NCBI GenBank assembly: GCA_031290205.1
Contig: JAITNZ010000098.1
Span: forward strand, 1 to 52,565
Length of the DNA stretch: 52,565 nucleotides
Source: Spirochaetaceae bacterium
GTDB lineage: Bacteria > Spirochaetota > Spirochaetia > Treponematales > Breznakiellaceae
Direction: 5' to 3'
Positions 49,922-52,565 of the stretch are shown here, in pieces. The translations under genes were made by a program, and so were the position numbers. Position 1 is the stretch's first letter, and the number at the start of each line of letters is the position of its first letter. The notes under the pieces were generated by a model that was not told where the DNA came from, made no database searches, and saw only the letters and a program-made list of their open reading frames with translations.

Positions 49922-50557
49922 TTATAATTCCATCACTTCGTGGTAGCGGAAGCAGCTTGTGATGTGGTCGTTCATCAGTCCTGCTGCCTGCATAAAGGCG
50001 TATATGATAACAGGACCTACAAAGGTGAAGCCGCGTTTTTTTAATTCTTTCGAAATTTGTTCCGAAAGCGGCGTCGATGCGGGGATTTCTTTTAATGTTT
50101 TATATTTGTTAATAATTGGTTTTCCGTCGACAAAATCCCAGAGCCAGTCTGAAAACGAAGCGCCCTTTTCGGCAAACTCAAGATAGGCGCGCGCGTTTTT
50201 TACCACCGATATAATTTTTAATTTATTGCGGATGATTCCCGCGTTGCCTATCAGCCGCTCAAAATCTTTATCGGTATAGCGGACGATTTTTTCGGCGTCG
50301 AACTTATCGAAGGCGGCGCGGTATGCTTCACGCCGTTTGAGAATCGTTATCCACGAAAGACCGGCTTGCGCCCCATCGAGTATCAGGAACTCAAAAAGTT
50401 TTTGGCTGTCCCGCAGGGGCACCCCCCACTCCTCATCATGGTAACGAGCATATTCCTCATCACCTTCGCACCACTCGCACCTTTGAAGAAGGGGTTTGGG
50501 GTTTGGGGTTTGGGGTTTGGGGAAGATTTCACTTCGTAATTTTTTTTCACTCATCAC
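49922..50557 (-). CDS. tag: DNA-3-methyladenine glycosylase I (Tag)
   Basis: RCEWC...YHDEEWGVP...LFE.L.L.GAQAGLSWITILKKRE...GIIRN..KI...NA...FVGP.I.YAFMQA.G..NDH matches E. coli Tag along its length. The first ~24 aa are encoded by the repeat element and no canonical alternative start is in frame. Confidence 0.9.
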   Translation of the reverse strand: MMSEKKLRSEIFPKPQTPNPKPLLQRCEWCEGDEEYARYHDEEWGVPLRDSQKLFEFLILDGAQAGLSWITILKRREAYRAAFDKFDAEKIVRYTDKDFERLIGNAGIIRNKLKIISVVKNARAYLEFAEKGASFSDWLWDFVDGKPIINKYKTLKEIPASTPLSEQISKELKKRGFTFVGPVIIYAFMQAAGLMNDHITSCFRYHEVMEL

Positions 50558-50570
50558 TCACTCACTCATT
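50484..50570 (-). repeat. Heptad-word element copy 1 ((GGGGTTT)4GGGG, core, CACTCAT words), overlapping the tag start
   Basis: ttgaagaa-ggggtttggggtttggggtttggggtttgggg-aagatttcacttcgtaattttttttcactcatcactcactcactcat. Confidence 0.85.
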
Positions 50571-50770
50571 TTGAAGAGGGGTATGGGGGGGAGATGAAGG
50601 GAACAGGGAAGAGGGAACGGGGAACAGGGGAAGATTTCACTTTGAAATTTTTTTCCACTCATCACGCCTCGTTACTCAGTCCTCACTCATACCTCATACC
50701 TCGTCACTCCCGCACTCATCACTATTCACTATTCACTGTTCACTGTTCACTGTTCACTGTTCACTATCAT
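50571..50770 (-). repeat. Heptad-word element copy 2 (GGGAACA words, core hairpin, CCTCATA and CACTGTT words), in tandem with copy 1
   Basis: ttgaagaggggtatggggggg...gggaacagggaagagggaacggggaacagggg-aagatttcactttgaaattttttt-ccactcatc...cctcatacctcatacc...(cactatt)2(cactgtt)4cactatc. The 7-bp tandem array spans 50720-50768, directly downstream of the rseP stop. Confidence 0.85.
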
Positions 50771-50777
50771 CCATTGC

Positions 50778-52142
50778 TCACTTTCCTGCGAAAAAAAGTA
50801 TGTCGCCGGCTATGGCGAATAGCATCAAGCCGGCTATGATGACGACGCCGGCTGTTTGAAACGCTTGCACTACTTTTGGGTGGAGGGGTTTGCGATGCAG
50901 TATCTCCACTATAAAGAGGATTATCAAACCGCCGTCTAAAACAGGAAGCGGTAAGAGGTTGGTCACGCCGAGCGCGATGGAGATGAGCGCGAGAAAATTT
51001 CCCAGCGAGCGCAGCCCGTCTGAAAAACTCTGCCCGAAGCCGCTTGCGGCTATATCGCCGACCATCCATGTGATGCGCGCCGGACCGGAGACCGATTGCG
51101 TCAGGTCGATGCCGCGGAAGAGCAGGCGGAAACTGCGGACGGTCGTTGCCAGCGTCCAGTAGGCTTCATCCACACCTTTGGCGATTGCGCCGAAAATCGA
51201 ATAGTCCGGCGTGTGGTAGAGCACGCTCTGCCATTCGATGCCGAGGCCCTCGGACTCGCCATCCGGCATCTGGATATCCGCGCTGAACAACGCATCGCCT
51301 CGTTCGTATTCAATAGGGATGCTTGAAGGGAGTTCGCCGCCGTCCTTGAACATGCGGTAAAGCGCGGCGGTGTAGGCGATTTCCTGTCCGTTTATGCTGA
51401 GGATGCGGTCGCCCGCGCACAGCCCTGCCGCCGCCGCCGGACTGCCCGCCTGAATGCTGCCAACGATAGGCTCGGTATAGGCGAAGATGCCTATCATCCC
51501 CGCGCCGCTTTCCTTTTGTAGTTCGGGCTCCAGTTCAAGCGCGAGTGTTTTTCCGCCGCGATCGATAGTAAAGCGCATTCTCTTTTCGGCGCTGGTCGCC
51601 ACGATGCGCTGGACTTCGCTGTAATTATCGATTTTTCTGCCGTCAATGGCGCGTATGCGGTCGCCGGTTTCGAGCCCCGCTCTGTCGGCTGGACTCGATA
51701 CCGACGGGTCGATGTCGCGCAGCAGCACGATTCGGTTATCCATTGTGCGGTATTCAAAGCCCGCGCCCCAGATGATGGCGAAAACAAGCGCCGCAAAAAT
51801 TATATTGAAGAAGGGTCCGGCAAACGCAGTGATAATTCTGCGCCATGGTTTCGCGCCGAAAAACGTCCCCTCTTTTTGATTCACGGCATTGCGGTTATTT
51901 TCCCACGCTTCCTTGAAGTCGTTATCGCCCGCCATTTTGCAATAGCCGCCAATAGGAAACATGCCGATACGATATTCCACGGCGCCGATTTTCTTTTTCC
52001 ATATCGGCGTCCCCCAGCCGATTGAAAACGCGTCAACCGTGATGCCGACGGCACGCGCGGCGATAAAATGCCCCAACTCGTGCACAAAAACCACCACGCC
52101 AAGCCCGATAAGCCCTAAAATTATTTTTATAAGTATCATCAT
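50778..52142 (-). CDS. rseP: RIP site-2 metalloprotease RseP
   Basis: HELGHFIAAR (HExxH) about 20 aa from the trimmed start MMILIKI. Two PDZ-like segments (GD.I..I.G). NLLPLPVLDGG motif near the C-terminus. The track start at 52184 is a TTG, and the ATG at 52142 gives the usual spacing to HExxH. Confidence 0.9.
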   Translation of the reverse strand: MMILIKIILGLIGLGVVVFVHELGHFIAARAVGITVDAFSIGWGTPIWKKKIGAVEYRIGMFPIGGYCKMAGDNDFKEAWENNRNAVNQKEGTFFGAKPWRRIITAFAGPFFNIIFAALVFAIIWGAGFEYRTMDNRIVLLRDIDPSVSSPADRAGLETGDRIRAIDGRKIDNYSEVQRIVATSAEKRMRFTIDRGGKTLALELEPELQKESGAGMIGIFAYTEPIVGSIQAGSPAAAAGLCAGDRILSINGQEIAYTAALYRMFKDGGELPSSIPIEYERGDALFSADIQMPDGESEGLGIEWQSVLYHTPDYSIFGAIAKGVDEAYWTLATTVRSFRLLFRGIDLTQSVSGPARITWMVGDIAASGFGQSFSDGLRSLGNFLALISIALGVTNLLPLPVLDGGLIILFIVEILHRKPLHPKVVQAFQTAGVVIIAGLMLFAIAGDILFFAGK

Positions 52143-52327
52143 AATTGTTTTATTGAAGGTATCAGATGGAAGGTCAAAAGTCAATATGCCGAAGGATGGG
52201 TGCGGACATTCTTTTTCAGCATTTTCAAATTGTCCGCGAATAGACGCGAATAATCATAAAACCTCCTTATAAATTGCGATTTCTTTTTTAATTCGCTCGC
52301 CCTGCCAAATCTTCCCGTCCGTCCGTC

Positions 52328-52356
52328 TTGACATATTTCTGCCTCCCCGCTAAAAT
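52328..52356 (+). promoter_or_regulatory. Consensus-like orphan promoter (TTGACA-17-TAAAAT) facing the contig end
   Basis: TTGACA at 52328-52333, a 17-nt spacer, then TAAAAT at 52351-52356. No ORF lies in the ~145 nt before the poly-G. Confidence 0.45.
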
Positions 52357-52499
52357 GCACTATAATGCTGATGGGGAAAGCGCAAGACTCAAGATGGGTC
52401 ATTTTGACACACATGGGTTAATTTGCGCCACCTAACGGCATTATGACACAAAATTGCAGGAATTGAAAAAGGATTTAGACCTGGCGCAAGATAAATGTT

Positions 52500-52565
<66 letters not shown>

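Noticed and set aside
52181-52414. 77-aa minus-strand ORF upstream of rseP
   Set aside because: It has no homology cues, and its start has no RBS. The strong AAGGAGG at ~52265 precedes only a 9-codon frame. It overlaps a plus-strand consensus promoter. It is more likely non-coding leader or intergenic sequence.

Overview
The window looks like one small contig. The 5' end is low-complexity G/C runs and the 3' end is a 64-nt poly-G; both are probably assembly or sequencing ends. The gene content fits a moderately GC-rich, Treponema-like spirochaete (inference only): CheA with Ala/Pro-rich linkers, a DapL-type lysine pathway, three BspA-like LRR lipoprotein paralogs, cdaA-ybbR and many lipoboxes. 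I support 35 CDS. I found no rRNA, tRNA, CRISPR array, transposase or integrase. Core genes are sbp, a DUF362 Fe-S protein, cdaA-ybbR-DUF2225-truA, a sigma-54 activator, rlpA, dapL, cheA, dus, an M16 peptidase, an oxidoreductase, and a minus-strand string rseP-tag-murC-yicC-der-merR-like-rsm22-like. The stand-out is an ~11.9 kb AT-rich island (about one-third GC in hand-counted lines, against more than 50% in the flanks). It carries a tightly coupled seven-gene plus-strand operon (2174-13945). The operon encodes a vWA-like lipoprotein, a 4-TM protein, a 1646-aa fusion protein and four coiled-coil proteins. The fusion protein joins an N-terminal FtsZ/tubulin-like GTPase motif set (T1-T4 loops, GGTGAS) to a C-terminal actin/Hsp70 (ASKHA) ATPase motif set (DFGTTS, DIGGGTSD, GLSGKGS). 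Three of the coiled-coil proteins are membrane-anchored, two share a ~105-aa C-terminal domain, and one ends in a zinc ribbon. I propose this as a candidate undescribed envelope-associated dual-NTPase (cytoskeletal, membrane-remodelling or conflict) system. Other second-look items: (1) a JetABC/MksFEB-like SMC module with no JetD nuclease; (2) a composite structured repeat family in three long divergent intergenic regions, whose terminal module carries an outward-facing TTGACA -35; (3) a family of heptad 'word' repeats (GGGGTTT, GGGAACA, GGGGTAT, CACTGTT) at gene boundaries that form G4-capable tracts and supply the start codon and N-terminal peptide of truA, tag and an oxidoreductase; (4) a 13-G tract inside a CDS; (5) near-identical 75-bp tandem repeats in an LRR lipoprotein.
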